Assembly (NCBI GenBank): GCA_964016885.1
Contig: OZ024740.1
Coordinates: 359,786,001-359,850,000 of the forward strand
Length of the DNA stretch: 64,000 bases
Direction: 5' to 3'
DNA from: Eledone cirrhosa
Taxonomy: Eukaryota
Below are positions 1-13,358 of this stretch, piece by piece (within the stretch, counting starts at the first letter, position 1; each line of letters opens with the position of its first letter). Below the pieces are notes generated by a model, which worked only from the letters and a program-made list of their open reading frames with translations, was not told the origin of the DNA and did no database searches. The translations under genes were made by a program, and so were the position numbers.

Positions 1-1954
1 ATGCAATATTGAATGTTTGTTGCAACATCTTAAAAATAGAAGTGACACAGGCCTTGGAAAAGATTTTTTTAAATACATCTTTTTAATCATTTAGCCATTA
101 GAAAGGTGGTAGTAATCTCATAATCTGGTTCGACTGCTGGCAGCATACTAAACTTAGGTACTGAAGGTGGTGATAATAAACCAAGCATTGGATTAAGTCT
201 GCCACCTAAAAACTCAGAATGCAAGGCATTTCATATGATGTTCTAACAATTCCACTAATCTACTAGAGTAAACTGGTACTTTGGTTTACCAACTCTGAAA
301 GGATGAAAGGCAAAGTTGACTATGGTAGAATTTTAACTCAGAATGCAGAGAGCCATAAAATATATCACAAGACATTTTGTTTTATGATCTAATAACTGTC
401 AACTCTCTGCCTAGCCAAGATGGTGAATTGATGAAATCAATGATCAGCTAAAACGTCTGTAGGAGAAAATATGAGTATGAGAAGAATTCCAGAAGGCTGT
501 ATACCTGGGTAAAATGTTTGGTGTAGAGTTTAGAGAATGGAATATAGTAGGGATGGAAAGCTGAGTGAGGCCGATATATTAAGTGGGCTTAGAAGTGATA
601 CCAAGCTTCTACTTCTGAGAAACAGCTGTTGTAATAGCAAAGAATTGTCTATGAACCAATAGCTGTAGTGTATTGGTGAGTGAGTCTATGCCAAATATAA
701 AATGGATTTTTAAAAAAAATTGTCTAATGTATCGGTGTGTATGTTAGCAGTACTGTGCCCAATATGTAAGCAACATTCTAATCTGAGTGACACCTAAACT
801 TTGCAGAGAGTCAGCAACTGATTAGAGCTGATGCACTTTCTGGCCCTCAAGAGGAAGCCTAATCTTAGGGAACTGTTTTAGTAATGTTATATATGTGAGC
901 TTATCGCATTCTGAACAATTTATTATTGCTTCCAAGAAGATAGGTTAGACCTAAGCTCCTCACTGAAATCACTGCCAAGCTTGGACTCCATTACAGCACT
1001 TTCATATATGATGAACTATTCTTACAAACCATTCATCCACACATGTAGCTACCTCATAAGTCACAACACTATAATAAATAAAACTATTCAAAAATATCTC
1101 TAACTGAAAAAAATCCAAGAATTTTTGTTGTATGGCGAAGAAACATAGTTCCGTGTTATGGTACAACTCAAATTGCATCCTATCCAACATACGTCTGCTT
1201 TAAAACTTCCAACCATTTGCACAGATTTTCATCTTCCTTTCTTTTATAACAAATCATTCTGCTAATGTTATGTCAGCCATTGAAGATAAAACTTTGCTAT
1301 ACATGATTAGAAAAATGAGATGACTGGGGTAGTACTAGCTGGCTATGATCCTTTCCTCATCTTACCAACACTTGTGGCATCTAGCAATTTCCCACACCCA
1401 TTGTATTATATATTCTTTAATATATTTGGTTCCTCTACTGGTTCTATCAAAAATAGGGGTTCTCTCTATTTCATTTAGAATTTTCTATTTATTGTGAGAC
1501 TTTCAAACTTCTTTCTTTTCACACTCATTAATAATATGTGCACCAACAGTATTTTAGACACATTTACCTCAATGGACAACCTTTTTCAAGCAGTGGGCCA
1601 CATAGGATGTGGCTCATTATAAGGCGGGCCACACTACCAAAATATTTATAAAATAATTTTGAAATTAGGCATACCATTCAGAAAGACAAACAGGCAGAAG
1701 TTTTCCCATGACTGTACTAAGTCATCTTAGTATACACTCTCACAATTCTAGACATTTCAGGCTCCTCAGTTGCTCGGTGAAGAACATTAGGCAAATCTTT
1801 CATTCTTGAAATAATAATTTCTTGATTTGATGGAGGTCAAGAAACAGAGGTGTGTGACATTCATACAGTTTCCAAGGTATTAACAGAGTAAACTTATTTT
1901 AAGCAGAAATCTAAACTAACTGCAGAATCAATTCACCTGTAATGAATTACTGCA

Positions 1955-2375
1955 ATGGATGAGAAGACCCACCTTCCCTTGCACACGGACTCAAATATAC
2001 ACTCAGTAGGCACCTCCTAATCCAATATATGCACCCCACTCCCACTTCCACCCATACCACCCTTACTCTGTAAAATTATATTGGTATCACAACAAAAAGC
2101 ACCCAGCCCACACTGTAAAGTGGTCGTGTAGGTGTCACGACAAAAGGCACCCAGCCCACACTGTAAAGTGGTCGTGTAGGAGACACAGAAAAAAGCACCC
2201 AGCACGCACTTTAAATGTGGTTGGCGTTAGCAAGGGCATCCAGCCATAGAAAACCAGCTAGAAACAGTCCTATATGAGCAAGACATGGTCATCCGATCCA
2301 ACTTGCCTCTAATGGGACAAACCCGTCTAACCCATGCTAGCGTGGAAAATAGACATTAAACAATGATGATGATGA
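1955..2375 (+). mobile_element. 3' tail of RTE LINE family B with ~48-bp internal tandem units
   Basis: Homologous to the 3'UTR of the RTE copies at 25690-26097 and 57820-58206; ends in (GAT)n; unit aaaagcacccagcccacactgtaaagtggtcgtgtagg repeated at ~2090-2220. Confidence 0.75.
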
Positions 2376-2857
2376 CTGATGCAATTTTGTTTTCAATTAA
2401 CAATGGGCCATATATTAGCGTACAGCCCTGATTCAGCACACCTACAATCAAACTTGTTCTAGCCTTGATCATCTTATCTTCTCATATATCTAAAACTTCA
2501 GTGTCCAGTATAACTTTCCTGCTTTAGGATGGAAGGGTGTGATTTGAGGGAATTTAGCTACCATTTCTAGCAAGTTGAGCAAACATGTAGAAGTTCCCTC
2601 ATTCATTCTAGTTGTCCTATAGTGTAGTGTCATTAGAGAAACAGAAAATAAAGGCAGAGAGAATGTAAGCTGGTCAAAATAAAGTAGAAGAAAAGAAAGA
2701 TATACAAGATTACCATTGGCTATGAAAGTGTGCAATACCAGAGTGCATTTCCAATTATGATGAATTAATGAAACATTCATTTAAAATTTGCCCCAAATCA
2801 GTACAACTATTTGTAACTTTATTAGAATTTCATGAATTAAATATATGGTATACTGAC

Positions 2858-2937
2858 CTTTCATGACCATCAGAAACTTCTTTATCATTAATGGGTCGAC
2901 ATCGCACAACAACCTTCACAGACTCTGCAGATTTGGA
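2858..2937 (-). CDS. KIF3B: Exon of a kinesin-2 motor subunit (KIF3B/KRP95-like), start of motor domain
   Basis: Minus strand tttcag|TCC...GAA AG|gtcagt translates [26 protein letters not shown](R), the kinesin beta-1 VxVVVRCRP motif in a KIF3B/KRP95-like context. Start-codon exon not identified. No downstream exon found in 1-2857, so it probably lies left of the window. Paralog assignment rests on 26 aa. Confidence 0.82.
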
Positions 2938-3447
2938 CTGAAATTAGATAGATATTACAAAGTTAAATCAAAGCTTTTCCTACAAAGTCTAAATAGAATA
3001 TGGTTATAATGACCAACTGGAACACAGTTCACCTGACAGCATGAAGTGTGCTATCAGTAGGACAAAACTTCTTGAAAATAGTAGGGTTAAAGTCTTGTAT
3101 ATTACTGACTCTATTTTACATAACAATCATAAGTAGTTGTCATTAGGTGGTGAGGATCAGAGTGAGTCCCATAATTTATTGGGTTACTACTAAAGACTAT
3201 CTCTCTACTCTTTATCTAGAGATTGTAAGTCTGGTAGAGACCACTGCTTTGCAAGCTTTACCTTTAGGAAACAACAAAGAGAGACAGAGTAGACTTATAA
3301 AACACTCTCAAGTATATAGTGCCAATGAAAGTGCCTCTCTGAAGTCACTCAAAATGTTAGAAACAGCAGTCTAATCTCTATCAAATCACACACTGTTTTT
3401 TTAAAGGAAATATATATTGGAAAAACAAACACTAGATAAGACTCATT

Positions 3448-3667
3448 ATTGGATTGGCAGTATCGGTAGAGGGTCGGACGCCATGCTTTGACGTATAGAG
3501 TTACGGCTCTTTATGATCTGAGCTCAAATCCCGCCAACAAGGTTAACTTTGCCTTTCATCCTTATGGGGTCGATAAAATAAAGTACCAGTCACGCACTGG
3601 GGTCGATTTAATCGACTTTCCCCTCCCCCCAAATTACTGGCCTTGTGCCTATATAAGAAACCATTAT
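3448..3667 (+). mobile_element. tRNA-derived SINE
   Basis: A-box-like tggcagtatcggtag and B-box-like gctcaaatc; body gcctttcatccttatggggtcgataaaataaagtaccagt recurs many times in the window. Confidence 0.75.
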
Positions 3668-4149
3668 AGATCTGAGATAAACTGTGTTGGAAAAGACAGG
3701 ATAGTCATAGCAAAAATGCTTTTCATGTTAGGCCTGCTTAACTAGGATTTCCCTGGGGCTAAATATTTTGATGTATTAACAGTAAAATTTACTGTTAGTA
3801 CTTAAATTATGTTATTACTTTCACAGTGTGAATTATTCACAAGTGTGAATAATTTCAAACTTGTGAGACAAAAGGCTTATTTTTTTTCTTTCCTATTGTG
3901 AGTCATATTATTTCAGACCATACCTTCAATTTCATTTGTTTGGCCATAACTTTCCTACGGTAAGCAAAAAACATACCCTTGGTTGTTCTACATATCTTCA
4001 GATAAAATTCAAAATCTATATTTCACATGATATCTTCAAGACCACCACTGTGCTTTATGAGCTACTACAAAGTATTTTGAAATCTGTTTGAAATTTTTCC
4101 AAATAAGCTCTCATGGAATGGGAGAAAGAAGGAAAAATAAAAACAATAA

Positions 4150-6320
4150 CTTCTATGTAACAGGTCTGTGGGTGGTGCAAGTTTATGTGCCCAACAGAAT
4201 GTCTGAATACAGATCCTTCCTTCATGAAATCACTGCAGCATTAGATATAGTTAAGTACAGAGTCATATATCCTAATGGGAAACTTCAATGCACATGTTGG
4301 CACTGACTACCTGACACAAAAAAGAATGATTGGAAGGAATGGCAATCCTGATATAAATACAAATAGATAGGCCTTATTTGACTTTTATTCTAGTAATAGG
4401 CTCTCATTTATGAAAATCTTCTTCCAGAACAAAGACATCTATAAATACACATGGTGTAAGGAAAATTGGAGACAGTGATCAATAATTGATTTTGTTATTT
4501 TTTCTGATCTCTTCAATTCTGTGTTGGATGTTCTTGTTTAGAGAGATGCTGAGCTATCAACTGATCACAACCTGAGACTACCCAAAACCAAGAAGATTCA
4601 CAAAACTGGCAGGTCCAGTTTGACATAGGATAAAGTGGGAAGTGCTGACTGATAAGGAGGTTAGGACCAGGTATGCTGATACTATTGCATCGAAATCAGA
4701 GAACTTCCTGTGCAAACTGAAGACATTGAAACGGAGTGGAGACTGTTCAGTTCAGCAGTTTCTGCTTCAACTATTAAATGCTGTGGGTGAAATGGCTTGA
4801 TGTGGTGCCAGGTGGAATGAATCAAGAGGTCAAAGATGCCATCCGAGCAAAGATGGAGTATTACAAAGTTTGGCTGGGAAATAAGTTTGGCTTCTTGCAT
4901 TTGTGGTACAAGCAGGCAAGAAATGTTGCAACAAAGACAGTAAAGGCACCAGAGTTAAGACATGGGAAGATTTTGGAGTTAAGCTGGAATCTTGACTTCA
5001 AATCAACAAATAAATTATTCTGGCAGACCATCCACTAACTTCATAATAAGAAGACAATGCTCCAAGCCTACTATCAGGAATGCATCTGTGATTCTCCACT
5101 CTTCAGAGATATGCATCCATGTGAGGTATAAAGAACACTTTGCTGATCTCCTAAACCCGGCCACAACAACATCCTCTGATGAAAATGAGATACATCTGGG
5201 AACAATGACTAACCTGTTAGAGGCTGAGGCCACCAGAGTAATTAGAGAGCTCAAATGCATCAAGGCCACTGGAGAGGATGAAATTTGGTCTCAAATGTTA
5301 TAAGCCTTAAATAGAAAAGGTATTCTCTGGCTGACTCGTGTGGCCTGGATCACTGGAAAGGCACCTACGCAATGGCATTCATCATCATCATCATCATCTT
5401 CGTTTAACGTCCATTTTCCACGCTAACATGGGTTAGACTAATCGGGAGTGATAATCCCAATTTTCAAAAAGAGAGATTGCTCTAATTATAGATATAGAGG
5501 GATATCCTTGTTAAACCTCTCTTGTAAAATCTATGCTAAGTGTCTGGCAAAGACACTTTGAGAGAGTGTGTACCCTCCTGTTTATAATTTTCATGAACAG
5601 GATTGACATGCACACTTGGGTTTGAAGTGATATCACAATTGGCAGGCATAGGATTAGTAGGCTGGAATTTGCAGATGACATGGTATTACTTAACTCATCG
5701 GAAGGGGATCTCTGACATGCATTTGATAGATTTGTTGCCGATTGCTGTATAGCAGAAAATAAAATCAGTGCCACGAGTGGAGTTCCACAGAAGCAGGTGG
5801 AGAAATTCAAGTATCTCAAGACCATTTTCACAAGTGATGGAAAGCAGGAGGCTGAATTAAGTGCAAAAATTGCAAGAGCTGGTGCAGTAATGCACCAGCT
5901 TCAGCATTCAGTCATCAGAAGAAAGGGTTAGGTGTAAAAAGCCAAACATGCTATCTTCAATTTGTATCAACCCTTATTCTAAGGTCATGAATCTTGAGTA
6001 ATGACTGAAAGAATAAGATTGTGAACACAAGTAGTTGAAATGGGGTTCTCCTGAAGGATCTTTGGAATAGCATTACTCGATAGAATGAGTAGCTTGGAGA
6101 TCAGGGCGTCGCTGCAGGTAGAGCCATTACTTCTCTGAAGTGAGAGATCACAGCTCCGATTCTACAGACATATGGTCAGAATGTTTAATGAAAGAATCGC
6201 TGAACAGATTTTATGAGTAGAATGAACTGGCAGGTAACTCAAGAGCTTAGGGATCCAGCCTATTCCACTGGAAATAGTTACTTCTGAACGGACCAGCTGG
6301 AAGGTGTGTTTGAGGACTCA
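4150..6320 (+). mobile_element. Decayed RTE-clade LINE, family A (APE endonuclease + RT, many stops and frameshifts)
   Basis: Recognisable pieces: VVQVYVPN, LMGNFNAHVG, STDHNL (APE); KATGEDEI, EFADDMVLL, QVEKFKYL (RT and downstream). A family-B tail fragment is inserted at ~5378-5440. Confidence 0.85.
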
Positions 6321-6485
6321 TTTATTCTTTGATTCTGGGTGGGTAAAATATTATTTAAAATCTATGTAATTGAAACAAAGAGATAAAATGCTTTCTATCA
6401 AATTAGAAACTATTATATATATTTTATAGTAGCCCCCATCAAATATGTATACTGTACATTCATGTTTTCATTATGTAATTTAACG

Positions 6486-6672
6486 GGCGGTGGATTGGCA
6501 GTATCGGTAGAGGGTCGGACGCCATGCTTTCCAGCATAGTTACGTCCCTTTACGATCTGAGTTCAAATCCCGCCGAGGTTGACTTTGCCTTTCATCCTTA
6601 CGGGGGTCGATAAAATAAAGTACCAGTAATGAACTGAGTAATTGCTGGCCTTGTGCCTAAAGTAGAAACAAT
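6486..6672 (+). mobile_element. tRNA-derived SINE (same family as 3448-3667)
   Basis: Near-identical head ggattggcagtatcggtagagggtcggacgccatgcttt and B-box gttcaaatc. Confidence 0.78.
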
Positions 6673-8504
6673 TATGTAATTTAAATCTTTCTAATTTGAA
6701 CTGATGATTTTTGAGAAAATGAAATAAGCTTACAAGCAAATTAAGTGATTTAATTATACTAGTTACTTTGGAAGAGGCTATGTAGCCGGTAAAAGTGTCA
6801 GACACCATGAGTTGCAGCCCGAGTTAAGACAATTTGAAATCTTTTCCACCATCAATTGTTAAAAAACAAGTTAAAATCATTTAGTTGTCCATTCGTAACA
6901 TACATTACACTTTAGTTATATACACACACATCTACATGTAAATTGATACAGACAACGGATGGAAGGAGCTGGTGAAACAATATAGCGATGTGTTTTGCGT
7001 CCCTTTAGGATTTACTGGCTACATAGCCTATTCAAATTACTTTGTTACATTTATTTCAACAGAATGAGGAAAAAAACATTCCATCCACCTTGATATGACC
7101 AAGTAGATAAATAAATAAATAAATGAATGCTACATAGTAATGACCTTTACTTTAGCTTCTCTCTCCTATACCCAGATTCTGAGAGAACTTGATGTAAATA
7201 ATGTTTTCAGTAAAGTAGGAGCACTTGGGATGAATTAATGAAGCTAGGTGAACAGTGGTCTGATAAAGTTAGTGGACTACTGATTTAGATGCTTGCCGAC
7301 ATGGCTATTGAAATTTTGTTACAATAACAAGGCTACTATGTTTTTTAGCTGTCATAAAGTATGTTATGTTTTCTATTTCTCCATTCTTCCTTTATCAAAT
7401 GTTTAAACTGCTGGTGGTCTACTCAAGACTGAACTACAAGGTCTACTCAAGACTGAACTCACTATAGGATGTAAGAATTACAATTGCTTTATGTAGAGTA
7501 GTAAGTAAAAGTTGTTACAACTCACACCTACAGAGGATTAGCAGGCATCCTATAAGGTTGCTTCTCATAGGAGATATTAATGACAGGAGAACCAATCCTA
7601 TCATGACAGTATTTTTCAAATGACAGGAGGTGAGATTTAAATTCAGAACACACAAAACCAGAACAGATACTAGAGGGTATTCCATCTAATAATAACAATT
7701 CTACAAACCTACCACCCTGGACTGATATTTTATTTATTGAACCAGAACAAATACCACATGGCATTTACATGTCCATTGATTACCAATTGTTCACCAAATA
7801 GTCTTTTTTACTAAATCTCCGACTACAAGCTTTATTGATATTAATAATAAGTGGTCATCAGAACAATAACCAGAAGGTCATTAAATGCTCTTTAAATATC
7901 CAGCTAAATCTAGCATCCACACTTGAGCCCCTATCTTTTTGATGAAGAGAGTTGAATATGTTTTTCTCAAAATACCAGTAAAAGACATAACTGACAATAC
8001 AGATTAAATATTTATTTACCATTTTGTTGGATGGAGTCTTTCTGTTAGGATGTTATCGCAGTATAGAATCACAGTTGCAATACATAATCCTGTAATATAG
8101 AATTTCAAAAAAAGATGGCTCATGTTAAAAAATATATCTGCATACATAAGACAACAAATTGATAAAGTAGTTCAACAGCATGTCAGCTTGGATTCCTCTT
8201 ACATTACTATACAGACAGTGCACTAGCATGCTTACAGCTGTGCTACATATGCAAACTAAATAACTAAGAAAATGTTTCAATTATTAAAACAGTATACTAA
8301 CAGAAGAGAATACATATATTAATGGCCAATGTTAGACATGATACTGGAGTCATGAGTTATTCTGAAGTGTTCAATTGGTAACCTTTGCCTCATAAGTTTG
8401 ATCTGATCTAAGCATAATGACACCTGGTCACTCTCAAACAGTAGTGATTATTTTATTCCTTATGATCATAACCACAAGATAGTTTAAAAACAGTTAACTT
8501 CTCT

Positions 8505-11030
8505 CTTTTATAATGTCAGTCAATATAATAAAATATTTCTCTTTAAAAAGATCAATAGCATTGTCCAGTAACAAATATTTATCAAGCAACAATGTCTTCT
8601 ATTAATCCAAATATGAACTGTGTATCGGTCAATACTAGTTCTATTAGCAAATTTCCTGAATCATCATCAGATGATTAAAGAAAAGAAAATAAGAAAGAAT
8701 TAAAGTGTTGTGATGGGGGTGCACTAAGTACATACTGTGGGTTGGCTGGTGTTGGGAGGATCTTCCAGCAATAGAAACCATGCCAAAAATGAGTTGTGTG
8801 GACCCTCCAGTCATGACACAACAACCTCTCTAGTGTTGGTGTCATGAAAAATTCACCCAGTACACCATGTAAGGGGATAGAATTGTATCCAGCTATAAAA
8901 ATCATGCCCCCTAAAAGTTGAGGACCCTTCAGTACAACTTCTTTGGCATTAGTAACTTGATAGAATACACCCAGTACACTTCGTAAAGTGGTTGGTGATA
9001 GGAAAGACATTCAGCCATAGAAAACTTACAACAGGAATGGAGACATATACAGGACTGCCACTGGCTATCATACTTATGTTAGAGAACATCTGGAATCACA
9101 AGTGAGGTTAATTTCAAGAATTCCCATCTGGAAACTTACAACTACAGTGATGCCTGAAGCATTTTATCTCATAGATGACCATAAAGTAGATTTTTATTTG
9201 GTGTGTGTGTGGGGGGGGGGGGGGGGGGGGTCTCATAGGAAAATGATATAACAAAGAAAAGGCTCTACTGAAACACAATGAATCCTTTTCCTCATTGTTT
9301 TCAATTACCATCGATTTTAAGAAAGAAAAAGAATGTCAGATAATGACATTCTTGGGTACATAATATAGCCACTAGTGAGAACAACATTTGTTATCAATAA
9401 CATGAAATGTTTCATACAAGAATCTATTTAAGATCTTCATAATTAGTGGACAATTGAGGGAAGCTAACATCATCCTTTACCAGAGAGAATATTCTATTAA
9501 TATTTAATCCTTTATACCAGTGTATTTTATTGTCAATAGAATAAAAGCTGAATCAACCTAAGAAGCTGCCATATTTCTAATGAATTACACTGCTTGTGTC
9601 ATCATCATTTCCATTTAGCATCAATTCTTCTATGCTTGAATGGGTTAGATGGGTCGTCCATGCCGGGAGGAAAGTCTGGCTATGGTTGGCCATGTTGCAA
9701 ATGGCTCCAGCAAGGACTGTAAATTTGGCCAGGTATTTTACAGCTGGATGCCGTTCCTAACACCAACCACATTTACAGTGTGTGTATCAATTTACAAAAT
9801 AAAAGAAATGAGAAATTTAATAAAATAACTAATATTTGTATTAGTAGGTTGCTACTTGAAACATCATTTAACAATAATGTCTTTAAAAAAAATATGATGA
9901 AAACTTTTAATATAGATACAAACACTGGTAGTTTTGTATCATAAAACCAGGTCTGGTTTCAGGCAGGTTAGTATCATCATCATCATCATTTCATTTTACA
10001 TCCACTTTTCCCTGCTTGCAAGGGTGGGATGGGAACTGATTCTGGCTTGATTTCTACAGCTGGATGCCCTTCCTAACACCAACCTCATTTACAGTGAGTG
10101 CTGGGTGCTTTTTTTGCCGTGGCACCTCCACGACCACTTTGCAGTGGAATGATAGGGACCCCAGTCCCTATCATCTCATTTCTACAGCTGAGTAAACTGG
10201 AGCAATGTGAAATAAAGTGTCTTGCTCAAGGAAACAACACATCGCCCGGTCTGAGAATTGAACTCAGAACCTTTCGATTGCAAGGCCAATGCTCTAACCA
10301 CTAAGCCATGTGCCTCCATCAAAAAGGTTAATTGGAAAAAAAACTTTGCCTTTAAAATTGAGGCCTTCTTGGTGTTGCAGATGAAGTACAAATAATTTTT
10401 TTCCATTGGAGCTGGTAATTAGTAGTTATACAAAAATATTGATCACTAAATTAAGGGTTTTTTTCAAACACCAGAGTGAAAAAACACCCACCAACTTAGA
10501 AAAGTATTTTATTCACTGGACAGTTAGTGAATTATGTTTAATTTGGTTAGTCTTAAAAGTGAAGTTTTAAAAAATCTGAGATATATTTATTTTAAATCTA
10601 AGATAAATTTAATGAAGGTATAACTGTAGTTTGAAATTAAAAAAGTGTAAGCACATATTCCTTTCATACACAGAAAAACATAAAAGATTGCTTTTAAATG
10701 TTTCACAATTAGTTGGCCGTTTATCAGAAAGCAAGTATCCTTATCCTCACTCTGACAAAATAAAATATTTTTGGCATGGTTTCTACTGCTGAAAGATCCT
10801 CCCAACACCAGTCAACCAACAGTGTGTACTTACTGCACCCCCATCACAACACCTTAATTCTTTCTTATTTTCTTTTCTCTTCTGATGATGGTGCAGGGAG
10901 TTTGCAAATAGAACCAGTATTGACTAATACACAGTCCATAGTTGGATTAATAGAACACATTGTTGCTTGATCTGTTACTAGACAATGCAATTGATCTTTT
11001 TAAGGAGAAATATGTTATCATATTAACTGA
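8505..11030. repeat. Diverged inverted repeat pair (~8505-8790 vs ~10770-11030)
   Basis: atcaagcaacaatgtcttctattaatccaa and gaattaaagtgttgtgatgggggtgca match the reverse complement of ttggattaatagaacacattgttgcttgat and tgcacccccatcacaacaccttaattc. Confidence 0.8.
10175..10320 (-). mobile_element. tRNA-headed SINE with CORE/V-like body
   Basis: Minus strand: tggcttagtggttag (A box), gagttcaattc (B box), then ccttgagcaagacactttatttcacattgctccagt. Confidence 0.7.
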
Positions 11031-13160
11031 AATATGTCATGACTATTCATGTTAAACACAAACCAGAACTTAACCAAAATGGTTAGCTTGATTTGTAATA
11101 TGTGCATTCATATGGCAATATAATTAATTAATTTGTTAGATTTTCTAATATATGCTGTGTTGTACAAAAATGTTTTTTTAAAGTTTTTGAGAACAGATTA
11201 TAATATATTTATAGCTGTTCATGTTTAGCAAGGTGTATTGGTTTAGCTGAGGTAACCGTCTGGCAAGTCACTTTTTGGGAGGGGATAATTTAGTCTAGAA
11301 AAGAAGGCTGCATCCATAGCCTTTGTAAGTTGTTCGAGATCAGTAAGATCAATGTAGCTGATGTTCCTCTTAAATAGCTAGAAAAGCACAGGCAAAAAAG
11401 CTATTCTCGAGAGCTGGTGTCTGAGGAAATAAGACTAATAAGTAAATTGAGAGGGCCTATGGCAGAAGACCAACCAATTCTAAGAAACAGTACGTTTATG
11501 GGCCACAGACTAGACTAAGCTGACAGCAACTTCAGGCTAAGCAATGGGGAGGCCATTTGGGGGAAGAGGAATCACACATTGGGGAATGTTTTCAAGCTGT
11601 TCATAAAGTCATTACAAACTTAATATGAGATGTATAGGTTACAATATGAATGATGCTTTGAAGCAGTAAGTTAAGGAGGAGTGAAGGGTGGCATTATTTA
11701 CATAAGAGTAGATGCTGTTGGAAGTGATGTGTAAGAGGAAATGTGTGGCTCAGAGAGATTCCATCAGTACACACGACAATGGTGCAATCTGACAGGAAGG
11801 TAGAGTCAATAGGTACATAGTTTAGATAGGAGATTCACATGGCAGACACAACTGAACTCCATCCAGTATACATTATGATGGTGCAATCTGACAGGAATGC
11901 TCTAACTGAAGAGACGTGATGGGTGGAGCCCATGACAACACAGAGTCAAAACAAAGACTCAGTTTAGCAAATGAGTGAAAGCAAGCATGGAACAAAGAGC
12001 CTTTAAGACAACCAAGTATTGCATCATTGAGTATGAAAGACAGTAGTTCGAGAGTTAGGGCTAAAGATACTGCTTTAAGGAGTTCTAAAAATAACATTTT
12101 ATTGAAGAATACTGAAATCAAAGAAGTAGAAAATCAAGTGCCTGGTTTTGAGAAAATTTGGGATTACAAGATTACTGAAAATATCAGCAACATCACCCTT
12201 TTAGATATGATTTTCTATGCTGGTATGGTTTGGACAGGCCTCACAATACCTTTCCACTTTGCAATCCTTTGTCATCTAACACACACAACAATAGCATCTG
12301 TGTCATACCAGCAACAGGCCTTTGTGACAAGACTAAAAATTCATTCCTCTACCTTATGTCACTTCTGTTTATTCATTCCTTTCTTTTTTTTTTGCATGCT
12401 TTTTATAGCTGGATACCCATCTTTATCATAAACCTATTTACATGAACTTGGTGTATTACATCATGACAGCAACATTAGAGTGGTTTCAAACAGGACTGAA
12501 GAGTCCTTTCTATCCTATGTGGCCTCAGTTCATTCCTACCTTAGCTGTGGTAATAACAACCAAAAGCTAATGAGGAAGCATCTACATAGTTGCTTGATCT
12601 GCAACACATAGTAGCCACATCTTCCTCAAATCACACCCTATCTATCATCTTATAAAAAGAACACATTAGATATGTCTAAAAAATGAAAACAACAGGATGG
12701 TAACAAAATGTCTTTGCTCATTGATCTGCTCAATCTGAGCTGGGACAGGGCTATACAATAGTAAGTAAGGAGACAGAAAAAAGTTGGTTAATCAGTTAGT
12801 TGAGATAGATGATACTGTGAGAAAAACTTTTTAACACCACAATTCTTAAGTGCAGGCTTAGAAAAGATTAACAGAACATATTGACAAGAATGTGACACAA
12901 GAAGATCCAGAAACCTATGCTTCAGGAGTATTATAATGCACATGACCACAAATTTTGAGGACAGTATGGCCCTAGGAAGGATAAAGGCAAAAGTCAAAGT
13001 TGAAATTGAAAGAGTAAAAGTAACAGGTAAATACTGCAAGGCATTCTGTCCACTGATCCAAGTTTACCAGCGATGTCAACTACTAACACTTGATTGGAAA
13101 CGTATTTCGTGAAGAAATTCCTATTCATGAGTCAGAATTTGATGTAAAATTTCACTTTAA

Positions 13161-13358
13161 CTCTTTGACATTTAAACCAACTGTATCTGGCCAGAATTCT
13201 GTCACTTCATTCTGTTCAAACTGGCCACTTATACTGATGTTAGAGTATTGTTCTCAAAATAAATAATAACATCATCAAAACCTCATAGATTCAATATTAT
13301 GTGAAATAAAGCCTTTACCATGAAAATACAATAGTAGAATAATGTAAATGCTAAAGGG
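13161..13358. mobile_element. piggyBac-type MITE
   Basis: TTAA|ctctttgacattt...aaatgctaaaggg|TTAA. Confidence 0.65.

Noticed and set aside
2090-2220. CRISPR-like regularly spaced repeats (also ~24590-24780)
   Set aside because: Contiguous ~48-bp tandem units without unique spacers, part of a LINE/SINE 3'UTR in a eukaryotic genome; no cas genes.
10230-10320. tRNA gene candidates at A/B-box motifs
   Set aside because: No complete cloverleaf; each continues into a SINE body.
11200-12450. 134-aa and 82-aa ORFs as host exons
   Set aside because: No recognisable domain or consistent splice sites; probably a very old LINE remnant, family not assignable by eye.
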